Positions 15,317 through 25,206 are shown, counted from the first letter of the stretch. The stretch: DNA of 64,000 nt from Christensenella sp. UBA4626 (GCA_002406115.1 DHNC01000014.1:5590-69589), one strand, 5' to 3'. Translations and numbers: made by a program. The notes: generated by a model not told the origin, from the letters alone.

Positions 15317-18013
15317 ATGGGATTATTTTCTTACTTATTTGCTTCTGACAACACTCGAAGTCTTAGAAAAATTGAAAAAATTGTAAAACAAATTGAGGAC
15401 AAAGCGGACTACTATTCAGCCATGCAAGATGCTGAGTTGCAAGCCCAAACTCAAATTTTGAAAGACCGTTTGGCAGGTGGTGAAACCACTGACGATATTT
15501 TGCCGGATGCTTTTGCCGTTGTGCGTGAAGCCGCAACCCGTGTGCTTGGTATGCGTCACTTCCATGTGCAATTGATTGGTGGCGTTGTTTTGCACCAAGG
15601 TCGTATTGCAGAAATGCGTACTGGTGAAGGTAAAACTTTGACTGCAACCACCGCTGTTTATTTGAACGCCTTGACTGGCAAAAATGTGCACGTCATCACT
15701 GTCAACGAATATTTGGCAACCACACAAGCGGAAATGATGGGCAAACTTTATAAATTTTTAGGTTTGACAATCGGTTGCACACTTGCCGGACAACAAGCGC
15801 CTGAAAAGAAAAAGGCATACGAATGCGACATCACCTACGGCACAAACAACGAATTTGGCTTTGACTATTTGCGTGACAATATGCAACGTAGCAAGGAATA
15901 CAAAGTGCAACGTGGACACAACTTCTGTATTGTGGACGAAGTGGACTCCATTTTGATTGATGAAGCACGTACCCCACTTATCATCTCTGGCGCTGGCGGC
16001 AAATCTACTGACCTTTACACTGTTGCCGACAATTTTGCAAAACGTTTGCAACCGGAAGATTATGATATCGACATCAAACACAAACAAATCCGTTTGACTG
16101 AAACTGGTGTAGGCAAGGCAGAAACTTTCTTTAAACTTGAAAATTTGAGCGACATTCAAAACCTTGAAATCAACCACCACATCAACAATGCTTTGCGTGC
16201 AAATTATATCATGGAAAGAGATATTAACTATATCGTTAAAAACAACGAAGTCCTCATTGTTGATGAATTTACTGGCCGTGTTATGCAAGGCAGAAGATAT
16301 AGCGACGGTTTGCACCAAGCAATTGAAGCAAAGGAAGGCGTAAAAATCCAAGAAGAAAACAAAACTCTTGCAACAATCACCCTTCAAAACTACTTTAAGT
16401 TGTATTCAAAACTCAGCGGTATGACAGGTACTGCAAAAACGGAAGAAAGTGAATTTAACAAAATTTACAATTTGGACGTTGTGACAATCCCTACAAACCG
16501 CCCTGTTCAACGTATTGATGAGCAAGACCTCATTTTCTACACCGAACAAGCAAAATACAACGCCATTGTTGAAGAAATCAAAGAAAAACACGAAAAAGGT
16601 CAACCTATTTTGGTTGGTACTGCGTCGGTTGAAAAGTCTGAAAGGATAAGCAAGGAAATCAAAAAACTTGGCATCCCTCACAACCTTTTGAACGCAAAAA
16701 ATCACGAACTTGAAGGTCAAATTATTGCTCAGTCCGGTCGTGTTGGTCAGGTTACAATCGCAACAAATATGGCTGGTCGTGGTACAGATATTTTGCTGGG
16801 TGGCAATCCAGAATTTTTGGCAAAACAAAAAATGCTTAACGAAAATGTTGAGCCTGCCGTTATGGAAAAAATCACATCCTACAACGCAGATTTGACTGAC
16901 GAAGAAAAGGCATTGAAAGACAAATATCAAAAATATTATGCAGACTTTAAAAAAGTGACCGATGAAGAAAAGAAAAAAGTTATCGAACTTGGCGGTCTTC
17001 ACATCCTTGGCACCGAAAGGCATGAATCCCGTCGTATCGACAATCAGTTGCGTGGTCGTGCCGGACGTCAAGGTGACCCAGGTTCAAGTATCTTCTTCAT
17101 CTCTTTGGAAGATGACCTCCCTCAACGCTTTGGCGAAAACAGAATGAAAAACTGGTTCTCCATTGTGTTTAGAGGCAACGAAGATATGCCAATCCAATCA
17201 AAACTCCTCACCCGCTTCTTTGAATCTGCTCAAAAGAAAGTTGAAGCAATGAACTTTGGTATGCGTAAAAACGTGCTTGAATATGACGACGTATTAAACA
17301 AACAACGTCAAATCATTTACACCGAACGTGACAAAGTGCTTGAAGGTGTGGACATCCACCCTCAAATTTTGGAAATGCTTAAAGAATACACTTTTGAAAC
17401 TTGCGGAAATTATCTTGACGACTCAAAACCATACTACGAATGGGACCTTGAACCTCTTAATAAGGAATTGGAAGCAAAACTTTTCAAACCTGGCACAAAC
17501 CTTGTTACAAGCGAATTTGTTGACGGTTTAGATTCCAAACAAGTGGCTCAAAATGTTTATGAAAAAGTTTTGGAAATTTACGAAGAAAAAATTGCCGAAG
17601 TTAAAAAATTGAACATTGATTTCAGCATTTTGGAACGCAACGTTTTGTTACAAGTTGTTGATAAGTTCTGGACTGACCATATCGACGCTATGAACACTTT
17701 GCGTAACGAAATTGGTATTATGGCGTACGGTCAAAAAGACCCTGTTGTTGCATATAAGAATGAAGGTTTTGAAATGTTTGACAAAATGATTACGGACATC
17801 CGTGATTACACCGCCGAAACATTGTTTAAATCTCAACTTAAAATCGAAGTTGTTCAAAAACGCCCTGTTGGCCCAGTTGCTGCTGGACAAACCAACAAAG
17901 GTGAAAATGTTCAAGCCCGCAGCCGTGACGCACACATTGGTAGGAACGACCTCTGCCCTTGCGGAAGTGGCAAAAAATATAAAAACTGCTGCATGAACAA
18001 AGACCAAAAATAA
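15317..18013 (+). CDS. secA: preprotein translocase ATPase SecA
   Basis: 898 aa with MRTGEGKTL Walker A, DEVDSILIDEARTPLIISG and the C-terminal zinc motif CPCGSGKKYKNCC. Confidence 0.97.
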   Translation: MGLFSYLFASDNTRSLRKIEKIVKQIEDKADYYSAMQDAELQAQTQILKDRLAGGETTDDILPDAFAVVREAATRVLGMRHFHVQLIGGVVLHQGRIAEMRTGEGKTLTATTAVYLNALTGKNVHVITVNEYLATTQAEMMGKLYKFLGLTIGCTLAGQQAPEKKKAYECDITYGTNNEFGFDYLRDNMQRSKEYKVQRGHNFCIVDEVDSILIDEARTPLIISGAGGKSTDLYTVADNFAKRLQPEDYDIDIKHKQIRLTETGVGKAETFFKLENLSDIQNLEINHHINNALRANYIMERDINYIVKNNEVLIVDEFTGRVMQGRRYSDGLHQAIEAKEGVKIQEENKTLATITLQNYFKLYSKLSGMTGTAKTEESEFNKIYNLDVVTIPTNRPVQRIDEQDLIFYTEQAKYNAIVEEIKEKHEKGQPILVGTASVEKSERISKEIKKLGIPHNLLNAKNHELEGQIIAQSGRVGQVTIATNMAGRGTDILLGGNPEFLAKQKMLNENVEPAVMEKITSYNADLTDEEKALKDKYQKYYADFKKVTDEEKKKVIELGGLHILGTERHESRRIDNQLRGRAGRQGDPGSSIFFISLEDDLPQRFGENRMKNWFSIVFRGNEDMPIQSKLLTRFFESAQKKVEAMNFGMRKNVLEYDDVLNKQRQIIYTERDKVLEGVDIHPQILEMLKEYTFETCGNYLDDSKPYYEWDLEPLNKELEAKLFKPGTNLVTSEFVDGLDSKQVAQNVYEKVLEIYEEKIAEVKKLNIDFSILERNVLLQVVDKFWTDHIDAMNTLRNEIGIMAYGQKDPVVAYKNEGFEMFDKMITDIRDYTAETLFKSQLKIEVVQKRPVGPVAAGQTNKGENVQARSRDAHIGRNDLCPCGSGKKYKNCCMNKDQK

Positions 18014-18074
18014 GAATAAACTAATTTATTTCGCTGAGGCTCATAAATTTAGTTTGTTGTTAATCACAACAACA

Positions 18075-18111
18075 CAAAAAAAATCCACAATTTGAGTTGT
18101 GGATTTTTTTT
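18075..18111. terminator. bidirectional terminator hairpin (copy 1 of a repeated terminator)
   Basis: A-run, stem atccacaa/ttgtggat, loop tttgag, T-run. The 32-nt string 18078-18109 is identical to 20277-20308. Confidence 0.85.
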
Positions 18112-18182
18112 GCTTTAACGCTTTATAAATAATTTAATGTTTGCCCCATATTTTGAATAAGTTTAAAGCCTTTTTGCTTAAA

Positions 18183-19814
18183 TTAGTCATTTGTGTAATT
18201 GACATTGAAATTGTACATTTCTAGATGTGTGCCTTGGGCGTCTGTGACGCTTGGGGTATAATATTCAATGGCTGTCAAAACATCATTTTCGATTGTGAGG
18301 CTGACATATTCTGCCTTATCATACAATTTACCGTTTAAACTAACTTGAATTTTAAATTTTGTTTCGCTTAACTTGGAATAATCCAATGATACTGTATCAT
18401 CAACATGGTCCTCAAAATTGCCGATGAGAGGAATAATTACAGATGCATCGCTGTTTTTGTAACCACGGATTGATTCAACATATGTGAAGACGTCTGATGA
18501 ACTGCCAGTTTTAACCAATGTGTGTTTTGTTGTTTTCAATGCAGACATCAAACTTTTTGCTTTTGCCAAGCCAAGAGTTGTGTCCAAAACGCCGCAATCA
18601 ATATCAACAAATTCCTTTTCTACATAATCAATATACATTGTGCTTTCTGATTTGCTGCCGTTGTGATCATTTATAGTTTGTTTGAAACTCAAAAGTTTTG
18701 TGTCATCATAAACCAATTCATAAACATAAGTGTCGTAGTTATATGCATCTTGCACAAATCTGTATTCCAAAGTTGCATTGTAAATATTTTTGCCATTTGT
18801 GTATTTTTTGAATGTGTAAGTCTTTTTAATGTTTGTATATTGGCTTGAATCCTGAGATGCACAAATTTCAAGTTGTTCATTTAAATTGAAACCTACCATA
18901 ATTGCCTGTGCAAGGAGCGCTCTTTCGCCGCCAAAATATTCAACGTGAGTGTTATAATCCGTAACATTAACACTAGCACAAGTCCAAGTATCATCCTCAT
19001 ATAGATAAGTGTTAGTGTACATATTTCCGCCATAAGATTTAATTTCTGTCATATCTGTGCTTGTGCCATCGTTACTAACCATTTGCAATGAAAAATTACT
19101 CAATGAAGTATAATGATAATTGTGGCGATAAGTGTATGTTGAGTTTAATTTCATTGTGCCACTGTTATTGTCATAGTGCGCTTCTTCAAGTGTTGAAGTG
19201 TGAGTTGTTGTGAAGAAATATTCATTTGCGGACAACAATTTTGCTTCAAGTTCGGCATCTGTCAAACTGCTGTCAACCTTATAATAAACGCCATAAACAT
19301 TTGTGTCGCCTGTGATGTTGTCGGTTGCCCTATCCCACTCAACAAATGTGTATCCTTCGCATTTCCTCAATGCTTCTGACGGAAGAGTTGACGCACCGCC
19401 ATGTTTTACATTGTCGTCACGATAAATCATGTAACCGTAAGCATTGTAAAATTTAACTGTGTGAACGGCAGCTGATTCAACAACGTTTACATTAAATGTT
19501 GTTTCTTGACCATTGAATTTGATTGTTACAATATAACTGCCAGACTTGTTTAAAAATTCCTTGTTGGTTGCATCGACCATGTCAAGAGTTACATCTTTTT
19601 GCTCTATGCTGCCGTCTTCGTATTCAACTTTGATTTTTATGCCAGCTTCATCAAATTTGCCCACTTCGATTTCCGCCGGAACAGTGGAAGACACAACAGA
19701 GATTTTTACGATATTTTTATTGGCTTTTGCGCACGCACTCATCCCAATTGAGAGCAACAAGAATGCAATGGCAACAAACACTTTTACCAATAAATTATCC
19801 TTTGTTTTTGTCAT
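18183..19814 (-). CDS. surface lipoprotein with a Listeria-Bacteroides (InlB B-type) repeat
   Basis: 543 aa. Signal peptide with lipobox GMSAC. The repeat is HTVKFYNAYGY...CEGYTFVEWDRATDNITGDTNVYGVYYK. The rest has no recognisable domain. Confidence 0.6.
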   Translation of the reverse strand: MTKTKDNLLVKVFVAIAFLLLSIGMSACAKANKNIVKISVVSSTVPAEIEVGKFDEAGIKIKVEYEDGSIEQKDVTLDMVDATNKEFLNKSGSYIVTIKFNGQETTFNVNVVESAAVHTVKFYNAYGYMIYRDDNVKHGGASTLPSEALRKCEGYTFVEWDRATDNITGDTNVYGVYYKVDSSLTDAELEAKLLSANEYFFTTTHTSTLEEAHYDNNSGTMKLNSTYTYRHNYHYTSLSNFSLQMVSNDGTSTDMTEIKSYGGNMYTNTYLYEDDTWTCASVNVTDYNTHVEYFGGERALLAQAIMVGFNLNEQLEICASQDSSQYTNIKKTYTFKKYTNGKNIYNATLEYRFVQDAYNYDTYVYELVYDDTKLLSFKQTINDHNGSKSESTMYIDYVEKEFVDIDCGVLDTTLGLAKAKSLMSALKTTKHTLVKTGSSSDVFTYVESIRGYKNSDASVIIPLIGNFEDHVDDTVSLDYSKLSETKFKIQVSLNGKLYDKAEYVSLTIENDVLTAIEYYTPSVTDAQGTHLEMYNFNVNYTND

Positions 19815-19980
19815 ACTTTCTCCTTTTTTTATTTTTACTAAAAATTAAATTTTAGTTTTGTTTTTTGCTGTTTTAGCGTTTGGCATTTTTTTGTTTTTAA
19901 ATGCCGTTTTTAAAAGTAATTTAAAAAAATTCAAACTATGAGGCTTATTTTTTAATTTTTAGTAAATATATTTTTATTAT

Positions 19981-20017
19981 ATCCTACAAAATGTAGGAAG
20001 TCAACAAAATGTAGGAT
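19981..20017. promoter_or_regulatory. putative XRE operator in the divergent promoter region
   Basis: Inverted repeat TCCTACA-aaa-TGTAGGA (19982-19998). A second half-site TGTAGGA lies at 20010-20016. The 13-nt direct repeat acaaaatgtagga occurs at 19986 and 20004. Confidence 0.5.
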
Positions 20018-20037
20018 TTATCGTAGAAAATATTAGA

Positions 20038-20250
20038 ATGAAAAACAATAAATTTGGTCAAAACTTAAAGCAATTGAGGATTGAAAAAGGGCTTTCGCAA
20101 CGAGAGTTTGGAAGTATTTTTAATGTTGTAAACCAAACCATAAGCTTTTGGGAAAATGGTTCAAGGGAGCCTGACCTTGACACTCTAGTGTTGATTGCAA
20201 AATTTTTTGATGTTTCGGTTGATTATCTGCTTGGTGTTGAGCAAATTTAG
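20038..20250 (+). CDS. XRE-family HTH transcriptional regulator
   Basis: 70 aa: FGQNLKQLRIEKGLSQREFGSIFNVVNQTISFWENGSREP. Confidence 0.85.
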   Translation: MKNNKFGQNLKQLRIEKGLSQREFGSIFNVVNQTISFWENGSREPDLDTLVLIAKFFDVSVDYLLGVEQI

Positions 20251-20276
20251 CATAGAAAATTTAAAATTTTATATAG

Positions 20277-20309
20277 AAAAAATCCACAATTTGAGTTGTG
20301 GATTTTTTG
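20277..20309. terminator. bidirectional terminator hairpin (copy 2, identical to 18078-18109)
   Basis: Same stem, loop and flanking A/T runs as copy 1. It lies between the XRE and recR stops. Confidence 0.85.
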
Positions 20310-20317
20310 TGTGTGTT

Positions 20318-20911
20318 TTACATTTCTCGGCGAGATTGAAGTGCTTTTGAAAGTGTCATTGCATCGGTATATTCCAATTCGCTGCCCATGCTGACACCCT
20401 GAGCGATACGTGAAACTTTTACGCCAAGAGGTTTGAGCAAATTGGCAATATACATTGCTGTTGCCTCGCCCTCGACGTCTGGATTTGTTGCAACAATAAC
20501 CTCTTGTGTGTGTTCATTTTGCACACGGGACAAAAGTGATTTGATGTTTATATCATTTGGGCCTTTGCCTTCAAGCGGATTTATAACCCCATGAAGCACA
20601 TGGTATGTGCCGTTAAATTCACGCACTTTTTCCAAAGCGGTGACATCTTTTGGCTCTTTAACCACGCAAATAATATTATCCTTTTTAGGCTTGGAACAGA
20701 TGTCGCAAATTTCTTTATCAGTAAAATTTGCACAAACTTTGCAATAGTGGATAGTTTCCTTTGCGGTGACCATTGCATCTGCAAAATCTTTAACTTCGGC
20801 GTCATTCAGCGACAACAAAAAGTAAGCATATCTTTGTGCGGTCTTTTTGCCAACACCCGGAAGATGCGAAAATTCGTTTACAAGCCTTTCCATTGAGTCA
20901 ATCTGGTTCAT
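20318..20911 (-). CDS. recR: recombination protein RecR
   Basis: 197 aa with HhH LPGVGKKTAQRYAYFLL, zinc finger CKVCANFTDKEICDIC and a Toprim domain. Confidence 0.95.
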   Translation of the reverse strand: MNQIDSMERLVNEFSHLPGVGKKTAQRYAYFLLSLNDAEVKDFADAMVTAKETIHYCKVCANFTDKEICDICSKPKKDNIICVVKEPKDVTALEKVREFNGTYHVLHGVINPLEGKGPNDINIKSLLSRVQNEHTQEVIVATNPDVEGEATAMYIANLLKPLGVKVSRIAQGVSMGSELEYTDAMTLSKALQSRREM

Positions 20912-21237
20912 TACATCAACCCGCCTAAGCCGCCCATGACACCCATTTTGTCCTTGCTGAGTTCATCTGCCTTTGCGATTGCGTCGTTAAAAGCAACCAC
21001 AAGCAAGTCTTCAAGCATTTCAACATCGTCTGGGTCAACTGCGTTTTTGTTGAGTTTGACTGATTTCAATTCCTTTTTGCCAGTCATTGTGATTTGCACC
21101 ATATCTCCGCCAGCCTTGCCAACCACCTCAGCGTTTTCAAGTTCCTGCTGAGCCTTTTCCATTTGTTCTTGCATTTTGCGTGCTTGTTGCATGATTGCGT
21201 TCATGTTCATTCCGCCACCAAAACCACCATATGCCAT
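20911..21237 (-). CDS. ybaB: nucleoid-associated protein YbaB/EbfC
   Basis: 108 aa: MQQARKMQEQMEKAQQELENAEVVGKAGGDMV. Conserved dnaX-ybaB-recR order. Confidence 0.9.
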   Translation of the reverse strand: MAYGGFGGGMNMNAIMQQARKMQEQMEKAQQELENAEVVGKAGGDMVQITMTGKKELKSVKLNKNAVDPDDVEMLEDLLVVAFNDAIAKADELSKDKMGVMGGLGGLM

Positions 21238-21257
21238 AATACATTTCTCCTTATAAA

Positions 21258-22742
21258 TTATTCTTTAAACTTGATTTTTGACCTAAAAGCGTCTTTCAAA
21301 TTATCCTTGATATCTTGCGTTGATGCGTTTGTTTTATCATATTCTATATCCACATCTTTGATGCTTTCGTCAAACAAATTTATCAGTTCCAATATTACAT
21401 TAAGACGCTCTTTGTTGTCAATCATTTGGTAGCACCCCAAATCATTTGTGTGCAACACCATGCGATTTAACCTTTTTTCAACCTTGATAACAGAGGTTAA
21501 GGCATTTGAAAGTGCAAACAAATTGCGTTCCTTTGCTTTGATAAGCACATTGCCCCAAACACGGTCGGTTTCGTTGGAACTTACTGCTTGCGGCTCAACT
21601 TTTGGCGCCTGTTCGACCGCTGTTTGCATTTGAACAACCGGCTGCGTTACATTCAAAGCCACTGGAATGGACACCAAATCCAAACAAGTAGACTCAAACA
21701 AATTTTCTGGATTTATGCTGTATTTCAAATCCAATTCAACCGCCGCAAATTTGCTGAATGCGGTTTTGAGATAGTATAAATCAAACTTTTCAGCAACTTC
21801 TGCATATGACGCATATTCTCCCGGCAAAATATCCAAAACTGAATAGTCACCCACGCCAACTTTTATCATAATCAGATTTTTAATATAATCAGCCATTTCT
21901 TTGCAAAGAACTTGGATGTTTTTGCCCGTACCTAATGCTCGGCGGATTGCGACGAACAATTTGTTCATATCCTTGTCAGCAATGCAGGTCAAAATCTCTT
22001 TTATATTGTCCTTACTTGACAAACCTATAACACTTTCGGTTTGAGCATAACTGATTTCATTGTTGCTATATGCTGCAACACTGTCTGCAATTGAAAGCAT
22101 ATCACGCACGCTACCCTCGCCTGCTTTAGCAATTAGGTGCAAAGATTTTTCGTCATATTTGATATTGCGTTTGTCAAACACATTCTTTAAATGTTCGGCA
22201 AGAATGTTGATTGGCAAAAGTTTGAAATCAAAACGCATACATCTGCTTAAAATCGTTGCCGGCAATTTGTGAATTTCGGTTGTCGCCAAAATGAAAATTG
22301 CGTGTTGCGGTGGTTCCTCCAAAGTTTTTAACAGAGCGTTGAAAGCGCTGTCTGTCAGCATATGAACTTCGTCGATAATATACACTTTGTATTTGCCAAT
22401 CAATGGTGGGAAAGCAACCTTTTCACGCAAATCACGTATCTCTTCCACCCTATTGTTTGAAGCGGCATCAATTTCAAAAATGTCAGTGTTTGGCTGGCTC
22501 AATGCAACGCATTCCGCACACATACCGCACGGATTGCCGTCCACACTATGGGTGCAATTGACTGCACGAGCAAAAATCTTTGCAGTGCTGGTTTTACCTG
22601 TGCCTCTTGGCCCGCAAAACAAGTAAGCATGGGATAAATGCCCAGTTTTTACCTGATTTTTTAAAGTCTGAATGATGTAATCTTGACCTATAACATCGTC
22701 AAATGTTTGTGGTCTAAACTCTCTATAAAGTGCCAAACTCAT
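21258..22742 (-). CDS. dnaX: DNA polymerase III subunit gamma/tau
   Basis: 494 aa with YREFRPQTFDDVIGQ, GPRGTGKTS and the zinc module CGMCAEC. Confidence 0.95.
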   Translation of the reverse strand: MSLALYREFRPQTFDDVIGQDYIIQTLKNQVKTGHLSHAYLFCGPRGTGKTSTAKIFARAVNCTHSVDGNPCGMCAECVALSQPNTDIFEIDAASNNRVEEIRDLREKVAFPPLIGKYKVYIIDEVHMLTDSAFNALLKTLEEPPQHAIFILATTEIHKLPATILSRCMRFDFKLLPINILAEHLKNVFDKRNIKYDEKSLHLIAKAGEGSVRDMLSIADSVAAYSNNEISYAQTESVIGLSSKDNIKEILTCIADKDMNKLFVAIRRALGTGKNIQVLCKEMADYIKNLIMIKVGVGDYSVLDILPGEYASYAEVAEKFDLYYLKTAFSKFAAVELDLKYSINPENLFESTCLDLVSIPVALNVTQPVVQMQTAVEQAPKVEPQAVSSNETDRVWGNVLIKAKERNLFALSNALTSVIKVEKRLNRMVLHTNDLGCYQMIDNKERLNVILELINLFDESIKDVDIEYDKTNASTQDIKDNLKDAFRSKIKFKE

Positions 22743-23335
22743 TGAACTTCTCCTTTTAAACGTTTTAAAATCCTTTTGATTGCTTGCAAGTTGTTGTCAA
22801 CCTGCTTTGTTGTTATGTTTAAGGCTTGTGCCATTTCGATATAACTTTTGCCATTTAAAAACATCTTTAAAAGTTTGAATTGCTCGTCAGTCAGCAACGC
22901 TTTGACCTTGCTCATGACAACCGTGTTGAGTTCCTTGTTTATGTAATTTTGCTCAATATTGCTGTCGTCATCGACAAGCACAAGTTTCAACTTTTCTTCG
23001 TCATCGTTCCTATCATCAAACTGACTTATTGGCACATAACTGTTGAGAGGATTGTTTTTAAGCCTGTTGGCATTTTTTATCGCCGTTTGGATTTGCCTTT
23101 CAATGCAGAGCGAGGCATAAGAGCCAAAATTGTGGTTTTTTTGAGCATCGTAACTATACACCGCTTTAAACAGACCTATCATACCCTCTTGGATTATATC
23201 GTCAAAGCCAGCACCAACCAAAAAATATTCACGTGAAATGGCGGTCACTTTTGCACGAAAAAGATTTACAATGTTTTCCATTGCAATTTCATCACCTTGT
23301 TGCGCTTTTAAAATCAATTGGTTGATGTCTTCCAC
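22739..23335 (-). CDS. sigH: RNA polymerase sigma factor SigH-like
   Basis: Close to the SigH pattern (YFLVGAGFDDIIQEGMIGLFKAV ... SYASLCIERQIQTAIKNANRLKNNPLNSYV ... LNGKSYIEMAQAL). The start is taken at GTG 23335 (SD gaagga, 2 nt after the rlmB stop). The ORF-track ATG at 23392 has no SD. The stop overlaps the dnaX ATG (ATGA). Confidence 0.8.
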   Translation of the reverse strand: MEDINQLILKAQQGDEIAMENIVNLFRAKVTAISREYFLVGAGFDDIIQEGMIGLFKAVYSYDAQKNHNFGSYASLCIERQIQTAIKNANRLKNNPLNSYVPISQFDDRNDDEEKLKLVLVDDDSNIEQNYINKELNTVVMSKVKALLTDEQFKLLKMFLNGKSYIEMAQALNITTKQVDNNLQAIKRILKRLKGEVQ

Positions 23336-23337
23336 TA

Positions 23338-24060
23338 TTAAATATTCCTTCTTTGCCTTACAACTTCGTAAATAGCGATTGCACCCGCACATGAGGCGTT
23401 CAAACTGTTCACCAAGCCGTACATATCAAGCGACAAAACCTCATCGGCAGTTTCTTTAACCAAACGTGACACGCCTTTGCCCTCGCTGCCAATGATAAGT
23501 GCGGTTGGGTAACTGAAATCCGCATCATAAATACGCTTGCTGCCCGCTTCCAAAGCATATGTCCAAACACCTTGTTGTTTTAAATATTCAATTGTCCTTG
23601 TCAAATTTTTGACCAATGCAATTTTTATGTGGCTGACTGCGCCAACGCTGGTTTTGTAAACTGTTTCGTTCACCAAACAAGCACGATTTTCTGGGATAAT
23701 CACACCGTCAACGCCGGCACATTCGCAAGTACGGATAATGGCACCAACGTTATGTGGATCAACAACGCTATCAAGGATAACAATAAACGGAGCCTTACCC
23801 TTTTGGCGAGAAACCTCCAAAATTTCATCCACATCGGCATAGTGGAAATTGGGAACAAACGCCAAAATGCCTTGTGTTTTGCCTTTGTTGATTTTTTCCA
23901 ACTTTTCCTTATCCACAATTTCAACTGGGATATTAAGTTTTTTTGCAGCGTCAACTATATTATTTATTTCAAAACTATTGGTTTTTTCTGCCAAAATTTT
24001 GTCAACATGGGAACGTGAACTAATGAGTTCCCTCACAACATTTATACCTTCAACAATCAT
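23338..24060 (-). CDS. rlmB: 23S rRNA (guanosine-2'-O-)-methyltransferase RlmB / TrmH family (YacO-like)
   Basis: 240 aa SpoU fold with DSVVDPHNVGAIIRT and LIIGSEGKGVS. Conserved mrnC-rlmB-sigH order as in Bacillus. Confidence 0.85.
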   Translation of the reverse strand: MIVEGINVVRELISSRSHVDKILAEKTNSFEINNIVDAAKKLNIPVEIVDKEKLEKINKGKTQGILAFVPNFHYADVDEILEVSRQKGKAPFIVILDSVVDPHNVGAIIRTCECAGVDGVIIPENRACLVNETVYKTSVGAVSHIKIALVKNLTRTIEYLKQQGVWTYALEAGSKRIYDADFSYPTALIIGSEGKGVSRLVKETADEVLSLDMYGLVNSLNASCAGAIAIYEVVRQRRNI

Positions 24061-24449
24061 AATTTTTCCTCAACAAACCTTTTAAACATACTTGTCAGTT
24101 TTTCATTTTCTTCATGTAAATACCAGTACCCCACAAGTGCCTCAAATTGTGTTGCCAAACTGTACTCCAAAAAACTTGAATTTTTGGCTTTGTTGTTTGG
24201 ATGAGCATTCCTCGCCCGCAAAACCAAGTCGGTTTCAATTTCGTCAAGTTCCGGTTTTAAACCTGTCATGATAATCGCTTGATTTTTTGCACATACAATC
24301 TGATTTGCCATCTTGTTGAGCCCGTTTGCTTTGAAATCCGTGTGCAAAAGCAAAAACTTGCGCACCATCAAAGTGAACACAGCATCCCCAAGGTATGCCA
24401 GCGACAATGCATTTTTTTGAAAATAACTATCTTTTGCACAATCATTCAT
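24057..24449 (-). CDS. mrnC: mini-ribonuclease 3
   Basis: 130 aa with ALSLAYLGDAVFTLMVR (RNase III signature) and ATQFEALVGYW. Confidence 0.85.
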   Translation of the reverse strand: MNDCAKDSYFQKNALSLAYLGDAVFTLMVRKFLLLHTDFKANGLNKMANQIVCAKNQAIIMTGLKPELDEIETDLVLRARNAHPNNKAKNSSFLEYSLATQFEALVGYWYLHEENEKLTSMFKRFVEEKL

Positions 24450-24618
24450 GTTGTTATATTAGCACAAACCAACAAAATTGTAAAGTGGATGAAAAACTTT
24501 TATATTTTTGCAAAAACGTAAAAAAACGTATAAATTGTCGAAAAAATTTTATCTTTTGCTTTAGTTTCTTTGACAAACGCTCAAAAATCATTTAAAATAC
24601 TTCTAACGAGGTAGTTTT

Positions 24619-25143
24619 ATGGAATTCATCAAACGAATGAGAAAACGTGAAAATATTGAAATGGGGCTCAAAACAGCAATCGCTGCTTTTGCTTGCTTTT
24701 TGGCTATTATTTTGATGTGCGGTATGATTTATTCAATCGGCATCAAATCATATATGAAATATGGCAAGGGTTCCATTGCTACAAACACTTCAACAATCGC
24801 TTATTGTGTGGAAGTGGAAGATGACAAATATTTTGTTTTGTACTATAACCCAGAAAATGGCAGTTCAAGATTGACCGCTAGTGCTATCACTGACTCAAAC
24901 CTTAAATCAAAGGCAGAATGCACAAAAGAAGGGCTTGCTGTTAAAGAGGTTGTATTTGGTGCACCAAAAGCAAAAATCATTTTGGACGAATTTGTTGAAG
25001 GTTGGCACATTGCAATCGTAGCAGTCATTGTCGCTGGCGTTATGGGATATTTTGTTTACAGATTTATCAAACTCAATTTGGACTATAAAAAGGTTGTTAA
25101 AAAGTTTGAAGAAACTGGCGAAATCGAAATTGAAAACGTTTAG
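24619..25143 (+). CDS. hypothetical two-TM membrane protein
   Basis: 174 aa with SD gaggt 6 nt upstream. TM segments near residues 20-40 and 125-150. No recognisable domain. Confidence 0.55.
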   Translation: MEFIKRMRKRENIEMGLKTAIAAFACFLAIILMCGMIYSIGIKSYMKYGKGSIATNTSTIAYCVEVEDDKYFVLYYNPENGSSRLTASAITDSNLKSKAECTKEGLAVKEVVFGAPKAKIILDEFVEGWHIAIVAVIVAGVMGYFVYRFIKLNLDYKKVVKKFEETGEIEIENV

Positions 25144-25177
25144 AGTTTTGCCGTTGATTAAAATATAATTTGATATT

Positions 25178-25206
25178 AAAAAAAGCATCAAACGATGCTT
25201 TTTTTG
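25178..25206. terminator. bidirectional terminator
   Basis: aaaaaa-agcatc-aaac-gatgct-ttttttt. Confidence 0.75.

Noticed and set aside
15363-18007. Many 60-220-aa ORFs antisense to or out of frame with secA. Similar nested ORFs occur in nifJ, addA, addB, dnaX, the LTA synthase gene and others.
   Set aside because: They lie wholly inside long, well-supported CDSs with strong family motifs. They have no SD and low-complexity or odd composition. I treat them as frame noise.
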